Shown: positions 1 through 13,683, numbered from the stretch's first letter. The stretch is 64,000 nucleotides of DNA from Antedon mediterranea (GCF_964355755.1 NC_092671.1:62001-126000), one strand, 5' to 3'. Numbers and translations: made by a program. The notes: generated by a model not told the origin, from the letters alone.

Positions 1-192
1 GAAAACTTTGACTGGAAGTCAAAGTTATTTTTTGAACAAAAAAACGTCTGTATTTCAGTTAAATGATTTTTTTTTTCGACTAATTTTAGGTGAAAGTTAA
101 TAACTGTTATGATACTTCAAAATGACCCACTTTTTTTTCGAAATATAAAATGTTTAATTTTTTTTTTAATTAGTCAAAGGGACAATACATCT
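1..192 (-). mobile_element. Partial non-autonomous Kolobok-type MITE (runs off the window start)
   Basis: Reverse-complement match to 50153-50325. Ends in GACAATACATCT followed by TTAA (193-196). Confidence 0.75.
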
Positions 193-975
193 TTAAGTTA
201 TAGGCCTACAACTAAGATTATTGTTTATTATGTGTATATGTAATTTGGAAAATCATAAAAAATACATGCAAAGTAAAAAACATTCAATTACGGTACTGAC
301 ACGACTACAAATACATTTATAATAACACATTTTCCAGGAAGCTTATAATATGTGATACTATCATCTTATCATGAAGATCGGTTTTCTGTATTCCATATTC
401 TTGATTTTATTTTTTTATTATGGTTTCTGAAATTAATTTTTTTTTTAAATTGTTCATTTTAATTCAAAATTTCCACCGGCCAAGATATCAATAATTATTA
501 AATTAACACAATATTAAACGCTTTATTAAGCAAGCATGTATTTCTATACATTACAACTTACAAAAATACATGTTACTATATAGGCCTATAATTCATTTCA
601 AATGTTACACTTAAAAACCCGAAGAAAATTGTAATTTTCTTGATAAAAACATCTGTTAGTGCTACTGTACATATAATTTCTAACCTGCTATTTATTTTAT
701 TAAAATAAAAAATAGTACTGTAGCTGGAAATGTACTACATTGAAGCACACGTACGTAGGGCTAGATGGGCTAGGCTAGCTTGGCCTTGCTTGTGACGACC
801 AACAAAGTGCTGCTGCTGTGTGTGTTAACTGTTTGTGAATCTGATGGTACATACATTGGTTTGTGGCTGCTTATACAGTATTATATTATTAAAATTATAG
901 GCCTATTATTATTATTACAATGAGGTTCAGTACTACTATTAATATTTATTATTATATTTACAGTGAGTATATTAG

Positions 976-3745
976 GACCAGATAGTGTGCACTCTCGACT
1001 TTTATAAGAAACGGCAAATGAAATTAGTCCAATTCTCAGCACTTTATTTTCCAAGCTTTTACATGAGGGAACTATTCCTGAACAATGGAGGCAAGCTAAT
1101 GTTTCACCAATCTATAAGAAATGCTGTAAAACTAATCCTCTAAACTATAGGCCAGTGAGTTTAACGTCAATACTATGTAAAACCATGGAGACATTCATCA
1201 AGAATGAAATATCGAAACATGGAAGATAATAAACTATTTTGTAACGAACAACATGGGTTTCGCAAGGAAGATCCTGCAACACGCAACTGCTTGAGGCCAC
1301 TGAGAAATGGTCTTCAGTGATAGATGAAGGACACTCTGTCGATATCTTGTACTGATAATGATTTTCAAAAAGCTTTTGACTCTGTTCCGCATGAAAGACT
1401 TCTCCATAAAATGCATACATATGGTATTCGTGGTGAATTGTTGATGGACTAAAATATACTTGTCAAATCGTGTCCAGCGAGTGGTGGTAAATGGCGAAGT
1501 TTCGGATTGGATATCGGTCCAGAGTGGTATTCCTCAAGGGAGTGTATATGGTGTAATCTGCTTTACAATATTTATCAACGATCTGCCTCAATTAGTTAAG
1601 TCACCTCTTTTTTTTGTTTGCTGATGATTCAAAGACATACAAAGCTGTTGATTCAGACATAGATGCTCTTGATTTTCAGGCGGACATTGATAAGATGTAT
1701 AAATGGTCAGTAAAGTGGCAGTTGCCCTTTAATATTAATAAATGTAAGGTTATGCATCTCGGTAAAAAATCCTTGAACACAACATACTTTATGGGAACAG
1801 GTTCAGTAGAATTCAGTTAGGAGTTGTAACTCAGATTAGAGATCTTGGTGTTTTAGTTGATCATATGGATTCCTTTTAGCGAAAAAGGACAATTCAGAAA
1901 ACAGCTATTTTGGCACTCGTCACAGATCAGTGCACACAGCCACAAATATTCTGCTGAGCAGTGTACTGTTTAGACTATTCCATTCTCAAAATAGGTAAAT
2001 TGTTTATAAGGTCAATTGAATTGATTTAAGATTCAAGAAATTTCAACCTCGGTTTCTTAAATAGTTATTACATTATGTTCAACTGCGGTTTTACGAAAAT
2101 CTATTATCATCTCTTTGGTTTTAGTAATATTAAGTATTAAGTTCATATTCTCACACCAATTAACAAATGAACAAATTGCAAATAAACAGGTAGGCCAGTT
2201 TTAATTCAAACTTTATAGAAACCACCACATAATATATATGTATAAAAAGGTCATATATATAATCCAAATCATAGTCCCTTAGATATATTAATTCTAACTT
2301 TACTAAGAAGAAACATAATTATTGCCTACTTATGTTCATTATATTTCCCTTTGATAAAATGGAATAACCCGCTACCAATCCAGCCTAGCCTAGCCTATGT
2401 TAGACAATGGCCGATGCGAAATTTGTTGTATACACTTAAAAGGGCTAGTAGCTTATAGACTATTTAGGTGGTATTATTGCGTATTTTCTCTAAAAAAATT
2501 ACACAGAATTATTTTATATGACTTTAACTACAATATTGATTAACCAATTGTAATGAAAATAAGCAGAATATACTCACATTTGGGTATCAAACACAGGCCA
2601 ATAGTACACATAAGAGAATTTCGCGCGGAATTTCCCAAAAATATGCTGTTTAGTAATCAAATTTTCGCGGGTCTCACCATCATCCAATCAAAAAAAATTT
2701 TACATGGTTAGAAAGCCACTGTATAGGAGAATACGATGTTAAAAGAACTAAGTTTTAAGAGGACGCTGTTCAAAGTTGTGGCAATTTCAAAACTATACAT
2801 CAGCGAAAAACGCGAATTTCACACAGGAATCGGCTGTTTTTTGGCCGGGACAGGGTATGTTTAATGTAAATTCGCGATTTCCAGCTATCAAAAATTTATT
2901 TTTTAAATACATAGTCAGAAATTACAATACCTTAGCTTCAACATAGTATGAGAACTAATGTATACTATGCGAGATAAAGATTTTACAAGTATAAATGTGA
3001 AAAAAAGTAGTTTCCTCCATGCACTTAGAATAGGAACAATATCGTGCGGAAGACGTTTTTGGATTAGTGCACCAAAGGAATCCATATGAATAAATTGAAT
3101 TTTCATGATCATCGTTGAAGTTGTTAAAAAGGCTAACTCTAGACTTGGTTTAATTAAGAGAACCTTTGAATATTTAGACAGTCATTTAGTGTCTATCCTT
3201 TATAAATCAATGGTTAGACCGATTTTAGAATATTCTAGTACGGCTTGTCTTCCTCAGTTTGTTGGTGATTCTATTCTCTTAGAAAAAGTTCAGCAAAGAG
3301 CCACAAAACTTGCTGTGGAAATTAAAACTCAACCATATAGTGACCGAATGAAATTTATGAAACTGCCATCATTAGCATTTCGAAGAAAGAGGTCTTGCTG
3401 CTTACAGATTTTTAGAATGATACAAAAGTATGATAATGTTAATCCGGGTGTCTTTTTTGAATTAGCACCATCTACTGTAACTAGAGGCCACAATTTTAAA
3501 ATTAAAAAAGTTCATAGTAAATCGAAACACAGACAGAAATTCTTTTCAATATCTGCAGTAAATGATTGGAATAGTTTGCCATATCATATAGTAAATGCAT
3601 CCTCTATAAATAATTTTAAAACCCATCTTGAAACACACTGGAAAACCCACAACCTAAAGTTTGAGCCATATAACCAAGATGTTCAAAGAGGGACTCACAA
3701 ACCTTAACAGGTTTATAGTCTAAAGGTCAAGGTAAATCAAGGTAA
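976..3745 (+). mobile_element. Degraded, 5'-truncated CR1-type LINE (RT region), split by an insertion at 1862-3088
   Basis: RT motifs in broken frames: NYRPVSLTS, KAFDSVPH, SGIPQGSV, FADDSK, DLGVLVD|NKLNF. ORF 3105-3707 has the CR1 C-terminus (LEKVQQRATKL, TRGHNFKI, WNSLP). Short TCAAGGTAAA repeat tail at about 3727-3746. Confidence 0.9.
1862..3088. mobile_element. 1.2-kb non-coding TIR element inserted in the CR1
   Basis: 15-bp TIR CATATGGATTCCTTT (1862-1876) / AAAGGAATCCATATG (3074-3088). Its removal rejoins the CR1 coding motif. Confidence 0.8.
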
Positions 3746-4245
3746 AATATTAGGCCTAGTATGTATAAATCTGTCACTCGTGCAAAAAAGCTGCTCACGT
3801 TTTGTCTTGTGGTTGCTTTCACGCATCAGTGAGCATCGGTGGCAATACCGAAGAGTGGATTGAGTCCGAAACGAACCGATATGGAGGAACTCTCGTACGG
3901 AAAAAAAAATCGCACACGCAGCGGAATGTTTTCTCTCGCGCGTGGTACCATGAATCTCTCTGATCGTTACTACACAAAGTTAGAGCAATGAATTTGCCCG
4001 AATTCCGTTAAGTAAACAACTTTATATATTTTATAAGCATTTAATAACATGTTTTATTGATATTTCCAATAGTGATATATAAAATAAATTACTAAAAAAC
4101 GTAATTATATGTAATTATTTTAACCAAAAATGGCGTAGTTAATAGAATTGTCGACTGAGGCCGCAAATTGTTTTCGCCGTATCTTTAGCCACAGCGAATT
4201 GTTTTACTTCTTTCGTGGCTAAAAACGACCATTTTGGGCGATGTT

Positions 4246-4610
4246 TTAGACCCTATTTCGAAAACTACAAGTCAGATTACGACGGACGATAAATATATAG
4301 CATGCATTTTTTTTACATAAACCAAAAGAAATTAGAAAGGTTTTCGTTCTAGACCTAGGATAATCATTTATGCTGTCTTTGATAAAAATAATGTTTTTCA
4401 AATTCCAATCAAATGACGTCATGATAAATAAAAACAATAAAATCGCTGTATTGTCACGATATTATTGGTCTTACTAATCATGACGTCATTTGGACGTGTG
4501 AAAATATAATTTTCATCAAAGGAATTGTTTATATTTCTTTTGGTTTATGTATTAAAAATGCACATTTGTCTATTTATCGTCGATCGTTATCGTCCTAGTG
4601 TATGGGCCTT
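4246..4610. mobile_element. Foldback MITE (Harbinger-like right end GTGTATGGGCC-TTA)
   Basis: Imperfect inverted arms: GACGATAAATA..TACATAAACCAAAAGAAAT (about 4285-4331) vs ATTTCTTTTGGTTTATGTA..TATTTATCGTC (about 4533-4581). CAAATGACGTCATGAT / ATCATGACGTCATTTG lie near the centre. Confidence 0.55.
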
Positions 4611-5132
4611 ATGCTGTAAATGTTCAATTAATTGATCATTCCGATTTTATTAGTTGGACTCTTGCACAGTTGCTGTCTAATCGTTGTTGTGTAATATCAT
4701 TTCGAACCATATTAAAATCATAAAGAGATTCATATTCCTTAACATGTGGCTGTGCATGGAAGTCCGGTCTACAAAAACTCGGGCCCGGGATCATTGTTAT
4801 TGGGCCTGAAAGTGTTGGTGAATTCATAATTATACTTAATATTAGACCTATATTTATATATATATATATATATATAATTATATTATTATACAATTGAAAG
4901 CAAAACCCGTTGAATCTCAAATCATTAGGACTAGAAATTTGGCTCATCAATCAAATAAATACTTCCGTTCAAAATGAAACTCCAACCTCTCTAATCAAAA
5001 GATTGAACTCGAAAACGGACCGTTTTTTTTAATTGGGTATGTTGAAACATTTCAATATTCATTTAAAAAAGTACATTAATTGTGGTATTGATCAGTGGCT
5101 ATAGAGGCGTAAAAACCCTCGGTCAATATCAT

Positions 5133-5561
5133 GCCTAACACAGCCACACCAAAAATCAACGAATCGTTACTCAGCACGGCCTATATTCTTTACCATTTGC
5201 CGCGTACTACTCAACGCCCGGTAAATTAAGTATTGTTTTTATGATATAAATTAGTATAAAATACATGTTATTAATAGGATAAAATGTTAAATGTCATTAA
5301 CATTTATTTGTTTTACCAGAAACAAGTTAATATAGGAATATTATTAAACTATCCTTCGGGAAAACGCGTAAACGCCAACACGCCCGGTCACGCTATCGTA
5401 GCACCCGGTTGATAAAGCAAACTGTTTATACGGCAGTTTTTACTAAATAAATTGCATAAAACGAACAATTAAAGTATCCAAACAGCATTTAACATGATGT
5501 TGGCATGTAGTTGATAACATTTTTTATCATGAAAATACTACCGGTGGTCCAGCCTTTGATT
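5133..5561. repeat. Dispersed repeat of about 430 bp; inverted copy at 15252-15690
   Basis: Near-continuous reverse-complement match (GCCTAACACAGC...CCGGTGGTCCAGCCTTTGATTA vs TAATCAAAGGCTAGACCACCGG...GCTGTGTTAGGC). Confidence 0.85.
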
Positions 5562-7355
5562 AGTGCATGGATTAAAGAATAGAAGGATATGCATCGACGG
5601 TGACGTCAAACGATTTTACAACGCGCTTGCCTATTATTAAAGCACTCATGCTGCCAATCAAACAAACACGTTCATTGAACGTGTCTCTAACCGCGGCCCT
5701 CTGTAAAACGCTGCGAATCAACTGTTACATTTTTTGAGACCAAAACGTAACCATGTAGAAATCGTATGCGCAGTCTGAATGTTCTATTGACATGTCTGCG
5801 TCGATGATTAATAATTGACAACAAACATATATTGCTGAATAATTCTGTTTTAGTTTCATCACAATCGGACTACGAAAAGTTCACTTTCTTACGACTGGTA
5901 ATTTTAAGTAGTTGGTAATATTAATAAAATATGCAATTTTTATATTTGAATTATCATTATTTACCTGCCATCTTCTGTCATTAAAAATTGCGTTAATCTA
6001 TAGAATATTAAATTATGCATTTGACCATGTATGTTGTTAGCGTGGCCGGTGTTCAGACATACAACAATCGTGTTTTTAATATATGGCTAAGCAGTGGTTT
6101 CTTCATAAATCTCCTTAATTATCGATGTGATTATATTTAAACTGTAGTGCCTGGTGATTGGCTAGTGGTTATGTCATCCACATCACATCCAATCACCGGG
6201 CCTAATTGAATGAAAACAGCGATCCCTGATCCGGGATTGGCTGGCTATGTATAGTTGCGATTCGTTACCTAGCGGTCGTTTTGAAAAGTACACGCAGGGC
6301 AAACTTGATCACGAAGTAGGCCTACCTATTATTATTCACACAAGAAGTAAGACAACGGTGAGTATATAGATCATGATTACACGTTGTATCTACTACATTA
6401 AAAAAACACAAAATTATGCCAGATTATACTAAAACGGATAAACAATGCCGCGGCATTATGCCAGATGTAGTGGGCCTCTAAATAATGCCAAAAAGCATAA
6501 TAATGGCAATATGTCGTACTAGGCTAGTGGTATAGTACGCCGTTACTGCCTTCACAAGAGTCTTTTTTGTGTATTTGATATCATTATTGTTCCTTTTGTT
6601 ACAATACAAAGAAATACTAGAAAATCAGAAATTGAAAATGAGTGCTGCGAGCTGATCTGGTTCTCAAACAAAATTCACTTATGGAAGTGGTGAAAATGAA
6701 GATAATAATTAAAGTATGGTGCACAGCTGCTGTATCCATCATATGCTAGGCTACATGGTCAAACTTACTACGGATTCCACTGACTGACAAAACAGTCAAT
6801 AATACAACTGTGTTTGTGTAAAAGCTCGTTTTATTTTGTTGACATAATCCACTTTGTTTGCACACATTCTGCATTATGAATTTAAAGTACAAACAAATAT
6901 AAATAAGTCTGTCAATACTAAAAAATAAATTTTGTTGGGAGTCATTGTTGAAAATAACATAAATCCTGTTTCCAAAAACCACATATAAACCATGTATGTT
7001 ACGAATGTGGAATTTTAAAGAGGAAAAATTCCATGCATTAAAAATACTTCATCATTTATAGTTTATTATGTTGTCAAGAGTAGTCCAAACAACCATCAGA
7101 GAGTACCTAATACTGTAACATTATTATTTGATACAAAGCTGAAACTGTAATAAATAATGTTTACATTTGTTTTCTAGTTCTTTTATAATGTTTGTTAAAT
7201 ACACATATTCAAGAAAATAAAATATTTAAGAAGGTATACATACTATGCTTTAGGTCCAAAAACATGATTCTAAAATATATAATGTGTATGAATAATTTGA
7301 TAAATTCTTTATTAGTGTTGGGAAGGATTACACATATTATTTTGTTTTAAATAAT

Positions 7356-10300
7356 TTATACTTCAGTCTGTTCTTTTAGAAATTGGAAAGCTATTGAAAA
7401 GTCTTTGTTTCCTAGACCTCGATTGCACATCACACGGTATAGTTGGTGAGCTAAAGATCCAAGTGGTGTAGCAGTAGATGTAGCTGTGGCTGCTGTTTGG
7501 GCAAGGCTTAAATCCTAAAAAAATAAAATACAACTTGTAAGCAGACTAAAGATTGGAGTTAAATAAACTACTTGTTGGTAAAATGCTCAAATTCTAGAGT
7601 ATATCTGAATCGATGTTGTTTTGATATGAAAGTTAGCAGAAGGCAATGCCCTTTCAAAAGTGTAGACAGATAATTGCACTTGAGATGATTTATTCTAACA
7701 GTTAAAACATTGTAAGCAGCAGTGTATGATATTTTGGTTGTCAAGATCTAACCCTTGGCATAAATACCTTTGTCATAAGTGCTGTTCCAAAACCACCTTG
7801 ATAGTCATTACTAGAAGGAACATTATCAAGGACTCCCGGCACAGGATTGTAAACCTCACTTGCCCAGCTCCGTCCACTACTTGTATTCATAATAGAAGCT
7901 AACATCTTTGGATCTAAACCAAGCCTGAATATACAAAGGTTGAGAAAGACTATCATCAAAATAGTTCCAATTTAATCCAAAGATGGCAGTTTCAAAAACG
8001 TTGCCATTCGTAGTTGTTCATTTAAAATGACCAGACCTGAATTTTATGCCAGATCCTTCAAATGTCTACACTCAATAATGTGTGGTATGCAATCCGTTGG
8101 TTGTATTACTGTATTTGCATGTCCTTATTTCTTAATACACTTTGATTTTTAGCAAGTCTTTTTAAAAATAATAATACCTCATTCCCAAGTTCATAGTTTC
8201 TGAACATCCAATCATTGATATAGCCAACATCATGTTATTGCATATCTTGGCAGCCTAAAATGACACAAAATAGTAAAATGTTGAACTGTCCTATATTTTG
8301 CATTTGATCTTGCCAATTCACCTATGTGACATAAACCAAACAAGTGATGCTTAAAGGTGAGAATCCATAACTAACCTGTCCTGTTCCTACCGGCCCTGTA
8401 TTCACTACATTTTTACCCATACAATCTAAAATATCCTTGGCTGCCCTAAACTCTTCTTCTTTGCCTCCCACCATAAATGTCAATGTGGCTTCTCTTGCAG
8501 AATTTATACCTGTTTTGTACAAACACCAGCAATATCATTTCTCATACAATACAGTAAAAGTTCAGTTCTGTCTTTATTGTGCTTTTTGATGGTTGATCTA
8601 TGTCTGGATACTATTTGAACAAATCTACTTTTGTTAGTCAATTCATTTTAAAAATTAGCATTTAAAAAATGTTTATTTTGTTTGTTTACACAAATAAAGA
8701 GGTTCTTTATTTTATGGTATTTATTGGGTTGTTATTTACAGAACAAGACTACACAGGCTTTTAAACTTTTCAGCCTACATACAAGCATTAGACAGACCAG
8801 ACATATACTGTAGGTGGGATTAGATAACCTAAATGATTCTTATCTTTCTACATACCACCTGATACAGGTGCATCAAGCATTATTGCTCCCTTCTTCTCTG
8901 CTGCAGCTGATACCTGTTTTGCAACAGCAGGATCAATTGTGCTACTATCTATAAGTAGTGTTCCTGGATTTACATTCCTTTATAAAAAAAGTAATAACTG
9001 TTTACCTTTTAAAAAGTACACAACAATCAAGCCTTCTTATTGGAGGTCTAGACAGACATTTTATTGTCAATGTGTGCCCATATCAGACTGCCAAAGTTAC
9101 TTTATATTTCTTACTTACTTAAGAATACCTGTATTTCCAAGATAAACATCAATAACATTAGGGCTAGATGGAAGCATAGTGACAATTTTATCAACCTTTT
9201 CTGCTACTTCAGCTGGATTGTTTGCAATTGAAGCTCCAAGTTCTTGAATTTCAATCAAAGATTCAGGGTAAACATCAAAAGCAATTAATGGGTAGCCTTG
9301 TTTCAGAAGATTCTTTGCCATAAAACCACCCATATTGCCAAGACCTATGAAGCCCACAGGAGCTCTGGAACCCTGAAGAAATAAAACAGTATTATCACCT
9401 TTAAGTCTTTTCTACAACCATTAGCCATTCAAATGTTATATTCTACAATTTAAAATTATTATATATTAAAATTCTTCAATGTATTATTTTAAATTTCAAA
9501 TTGTATATTATATATTAGGTAATTATTTTTTTTAATTGAATTTAAGCAAGAATGAATCAGTAGAAGTAAAAGTACTTATATGATCCTTGGGCCTTTCTAT
9601 GTGTTCCTGTAAAAAATTAATTAAATTACAGTAATTTACAATATTATTTGTATGTGTGGTGCGTTAGTTTGAGACTTCAGAGTGAGTGGTCAATATATCA
9701 ACAATTTTTTCTGCGGTTTCACATTTTCTATTTGTAGGCATGGTTGACCATAATGTGACCACATGTGTGTGAATTACAGTAATATAGCATACTAAGCCGC
9801 ATGTATGAATATTTGGTGTGGAGGTCCAGTTTATCAGATTAATTAAAAAGATTTAAGCTAACTCACCATTCTAGCAGAAGAACCTGAAAGTACAAAATTA
9901 TAATATTATAATATTTAATTTATTTATAATATATATTAAATATGAAAGTTTGTGATACACACTACTACTAGACCTGCCCCTAACTAGCCTAGCTATCTAT
10001 GGCCTATCTAGGCCTAGCTAGTAGTATGACTATGTCAATGTAATTGTGAACAATGTTCTTTATTGCCATATACATAGGCATAAACATAATACAAAAAAAA
10101 AACAAACCTAGCCTAGCCGGATTACGGTCGAAGCGGCCGCCAACTAAAGCGGCCGCTAGTTCAATATCGGTAATCTGTATGGAACGCCGTGTGCGCTTTG
10201 ATTGTCGTTGTTTTGTAATCTTTGATTGTCATTGTTTCGACAGGTTTTCTTTACCTCGGACGTAAATAACAATCTACATTATTATGTAATTTATTCTCTT

Positions 10301-12853
10301 TTTTTTTACAGATTGAATGTGATACGCGTACGTTCTTTTAAACGAAATGGCGAATCTATGATTACTTATTTTAACTGTTCTAAATGATATACATATGTTT
10401 AATAAAGTCTATAAAATACATTGTGGTGTTTATATTGTATATTAATATAATATAATAATAAGCCAATTATTAAGAATTATATATAAATAAACCAATCAAT
10501 AAAGTATATCAAAATATATAAATATATTAATAATTAAAAATATTTGTTATTGTATATTAATTAATTAGTAAAGTAACTATAGTAGTGTTCGCAATCATAA
10601 TTTAATTACAACAACATGATGACAGCAATTTATTTAATATCCTACACTATTTTATTACTTCAGATATTTAAATATTGATCAATTGAAAATGAGTTTTAAA
10701 TACTAAAATAAGATGAAAGTGTCTGTTTGATACGGTAATTAATTACGCGAATTTCTGCTAATAACTCGACTGACGGCCAGCAATAGTGCTGCTGCACATT
10801 AGGTGGGCGTCCCATGTTGCTTTATTGAAAACACAAACAATGTATTACAATGGAATAACACTTAAATGTATAACACACACTATTACTAATAATAAAAACC
10901 AAGATTCGATAGTACAGTATGTCAATGAGATATAAATATTCGGCAATACCGTACGTAAATTATTATTGCAATACTGTATAAAGATTCGATAGTATGTAAA
11001 CAAGATATAAATATTCGGCAATACCGTACGTAAATTATTAATGCAATACTGTATAAAGATTCGATAGTATGTAAACAAGATATAAATATTCGGCAATACC
11101 GTACGTAAATTATTATTTAATGCAACACTGTATAAAGATTCGATTAAGTCTGTAAATGAGATATCAAGATTCGGCAATACCGTACGTAAATTATTAATGC
11201 AATACTGTATAAAGATTCGATAGTATGTAAAAATGAGATATAAAGATTCGGCAATAACGTACGTAAATTATTAATGCAATACTGTATAAAGATTCAATAG
11301 TATGTAAACGAGATACAGTATAAAGATTCGGCAATACCGTACGTAAATTATTAATGCAATACTGTATAAAGATTCGATAGTATGTCAAATGAGATATCAA
11401 GATTCGGCAATACCGTACGTAAATTATTAATGCAATACTGTATACAGATTCAATAGTATGTAAAAATGAGATATAAAGATTCGGCAATACCGTACGTAAA
11501 TTATTATTGCAATACTGTATAAAGATCCAATAGTATGTAAACGAGATATAAAGATTTGGCAATACCGTATACGTAAATTATTAATGCAATACTGTATAAA
11601 GATTCGATAGTACAGGTATATAAACGAGATATAAATATTCGGCAATACCGTACGTAAATTATTATTGCAATACTGTACAAAGATTCGATAGTATGTAAAC
11701 GAGATTATAAAGATTCGGCAATACCGTACGTAAATTATTAATGCAATACTGTATAAAATTCGATAGTATGTACATGAGATATAAAGGTTCGGCAATACCG
11801 TACGTAAATTATTATTGCAATACTGTATAAAATTCGATAGTTAAATGTAAATGAGATATAAATATTCGGCAATACCGTACGTAAATTATTATTGCAATAC
11901 TGTATAAAAATCGATAGTATGTAAATGAGATATAAAGATTCGGCAATACCGTACGTAAATTATTATTATTGCAATACTGTATAAGGATTCAACAGTATAT
12001 AAACGAGATATAAAGATTCGGCAATATCGTATACGTAAATTATTATTGCAATACTGTATAAGGATTCAATAGTATGTAAACGAGATATAAAGGTTCGGCA
12101 AAATATATTTCGATATATGTATTAGTTAATAGTAAATACAAATAAAATATACATTGGTTTATCGGCAGGCAAACTTAATTATTATAGAAATATAAAGATT
12201 TGATAGTACATGAGTTGGCTTATATTTATTTAGCTGTAACTCAACTCGCCATAGGCCATGGCGTTGACAACGACAATCAAAGATTAAAGCGCACATGGCG
12301 TTCCATACAAATGACGATATTAAACTGGCGGCCGCTTTGGTTGGCGGCCGCTTCGACCATACTCCGCCTAGCCTACCTAGAGGCCTAGACTAGCTAGGAG
12401 GCTAGGTTTGGTTCAAAGTTTGGCAGCAAACACAACAAAAAGTCAAAAGTCATTCATTTTAAAATATTATTAACTCCATATAGAATAGGCCTATATATCA
12501 GCGCTGCGACCTAGCCTACTAGGCCTAGTACTACTGCTAACTAGACCATAGGGGTTAGGAGGGCCTAGGCTAGTATAAGTAGTTAGTACGCTACTCTACC
12601 CTAGCTAGGCCCTACTAGCCTCTACTACTCTCTCTAGTGTAGTAGTAGGCTAGGCCTCTAGCCTAGAGTTAGTTGGTTAGTAATTGAAAGCATAGAGAAC
12701 TTAGGTATGACGGCGCCGGTATGACCTAGGAAAAGTATTGAATTACAGACAAACAGTACCTGAAATGCGTCTGGTGGTAACATGTGTATGTATTGATGAT
12801 ACATTTGTAAAACGTTTGGTACAAAAAAAGTAGCGGCGAAGAGAAGCCGCCAT
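7356..12853 (-). CDS. HIBADH: 3-hydroxyisobutyrate dehydrogenase, mitochondrial (8 coding exons)
   Basis: Exons 12853-12760 ([10 protein letters not shown].., transit-peptide-like), 9883-9867, 9372-9119 (GFIGLGNMG Rossmann motif), 8977-8856 ([15 protein letters not shown]), 8509-8376 (LTFMVGG), 8254-8178 (AAKICNN), 7924-7768 ([26 protein letters not shown]), 7514-7356 (DL.LA, KDFS). All junctions are GT-AG with consistent phases. Confidence 0.96.
10119..12365. mobile_element. 2.2-kb non-autonomous TIR DNA transposon in HIBADH intron 1 (GG..CC ends, 8-bp TSD; superfamily uncertain, Merlin/MULE-like)
   Basis: TIRs of about 90 bp (GGATTACGGTCGAAGCGGCCGCCAAC.. / ..GGCGGCCGCTTCGACCATACTCC), each with two GCGGCCGC sites. 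Flanked by GCCTAGCC at 10111-10118 and 12366-12373. Confidence 0.8.
10901..12100. repeat. Tandem minisatellite, about 75-bp unit, about 16 copies, inside the TIR element
   Basis: Unit AAGATTCGATAGTATGTAAACGAGATATAAAGATTCGGCAATACCGTACGTAAATTATTAATGCAATACTGTATA; period 75 between 10981 and 11056. Confidence 0.95.
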
Positions 12854-13533
12854 GATGACTTCTTGTTATGTATGGAGCGCCGAGAGTGCCTTCACTGAAA
12901 CTTTTAACAACATTGGGCAACTGTAGTGTCTCGTATTACAACACTGTTCGTGTTTATATGAGATGTTTTATATGGTTATAACAAGAACTATTTCTTACAA
13001 AAAACGCCGCGTAACTTTTTGACTCGACAGTTGTAAGAACAGTCTTCATTAATTTAATATAATAGGTCGGCCAATCAAAACGCAAGTGAACAATTGGGAC
13101 TTTACTTGTGATTTATGTCATTGGCCTGTCAGCACAGTCGTTTCTTTCTAGAATTAAACGCACAAACTTGTATTGGGAATAATTTATGTTTATGTGGTTA
13201 TTACTATCGCATTTAGGTATTGATAATAATAATAATATGGCTTTTGAATATATAATTACTGTCTGTAGAATAACATTTATACATTTTCGGTTCGCGATGA
13301 AAAGTTATATGAATGGATTTGTAATAGGTATTTATAATAATAGTATAAGGGTTGTATTATTGCTAAGCTATCACCAAATCGCGTTATACCATTATTTCTC
13401 AGGGTTTTTTGCACCATTGATCAATACCAAACGCTTATCGGTATTATAGTTTTTAATGAATCATTAAATTAATAAAAATACCCAATTAAATCAATCGCGT
13501 CAGTCCAATTCCGACTTATGTTTCGATCACATA

Positions 13534-13683
13534 GTTCTGTGTCTACACTGTCTCAACTAGTTTAACAAAAAAAAGTGTGATGTGCCCAAATATGGTAGTG
13601 ATATGCCCGAATATCGTAGTGGACATCGTCATGTCTATATAATATGGGCACATCATATTTAGTTTGATAGTATAGACAGAGCT
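13534..13683. mobile_element. MITE of about 150 bp (second copy at 40832-40979)
   Basis: CTGTGTCTACACT..AACTAGTTT / AGTTTGATAGTATAGACAGAGC ends and an internal GTGATGTGCCCAAATATGGTAGTGATAT motif, shared with 40832-40979. Confidence 0.7.

Noticed and set aside
9576-9606. Possible additional HIBADH exon after a good minus-strand acceptor
   Set aside because: The donor is weak and inclusion (31 nt) would break the frame already satisfied by the 17-nt microexon.
10845-11795. Repetitive 110-122 aa ORFs
   Set aside because: These are translations of the 75-bp minisatellite.
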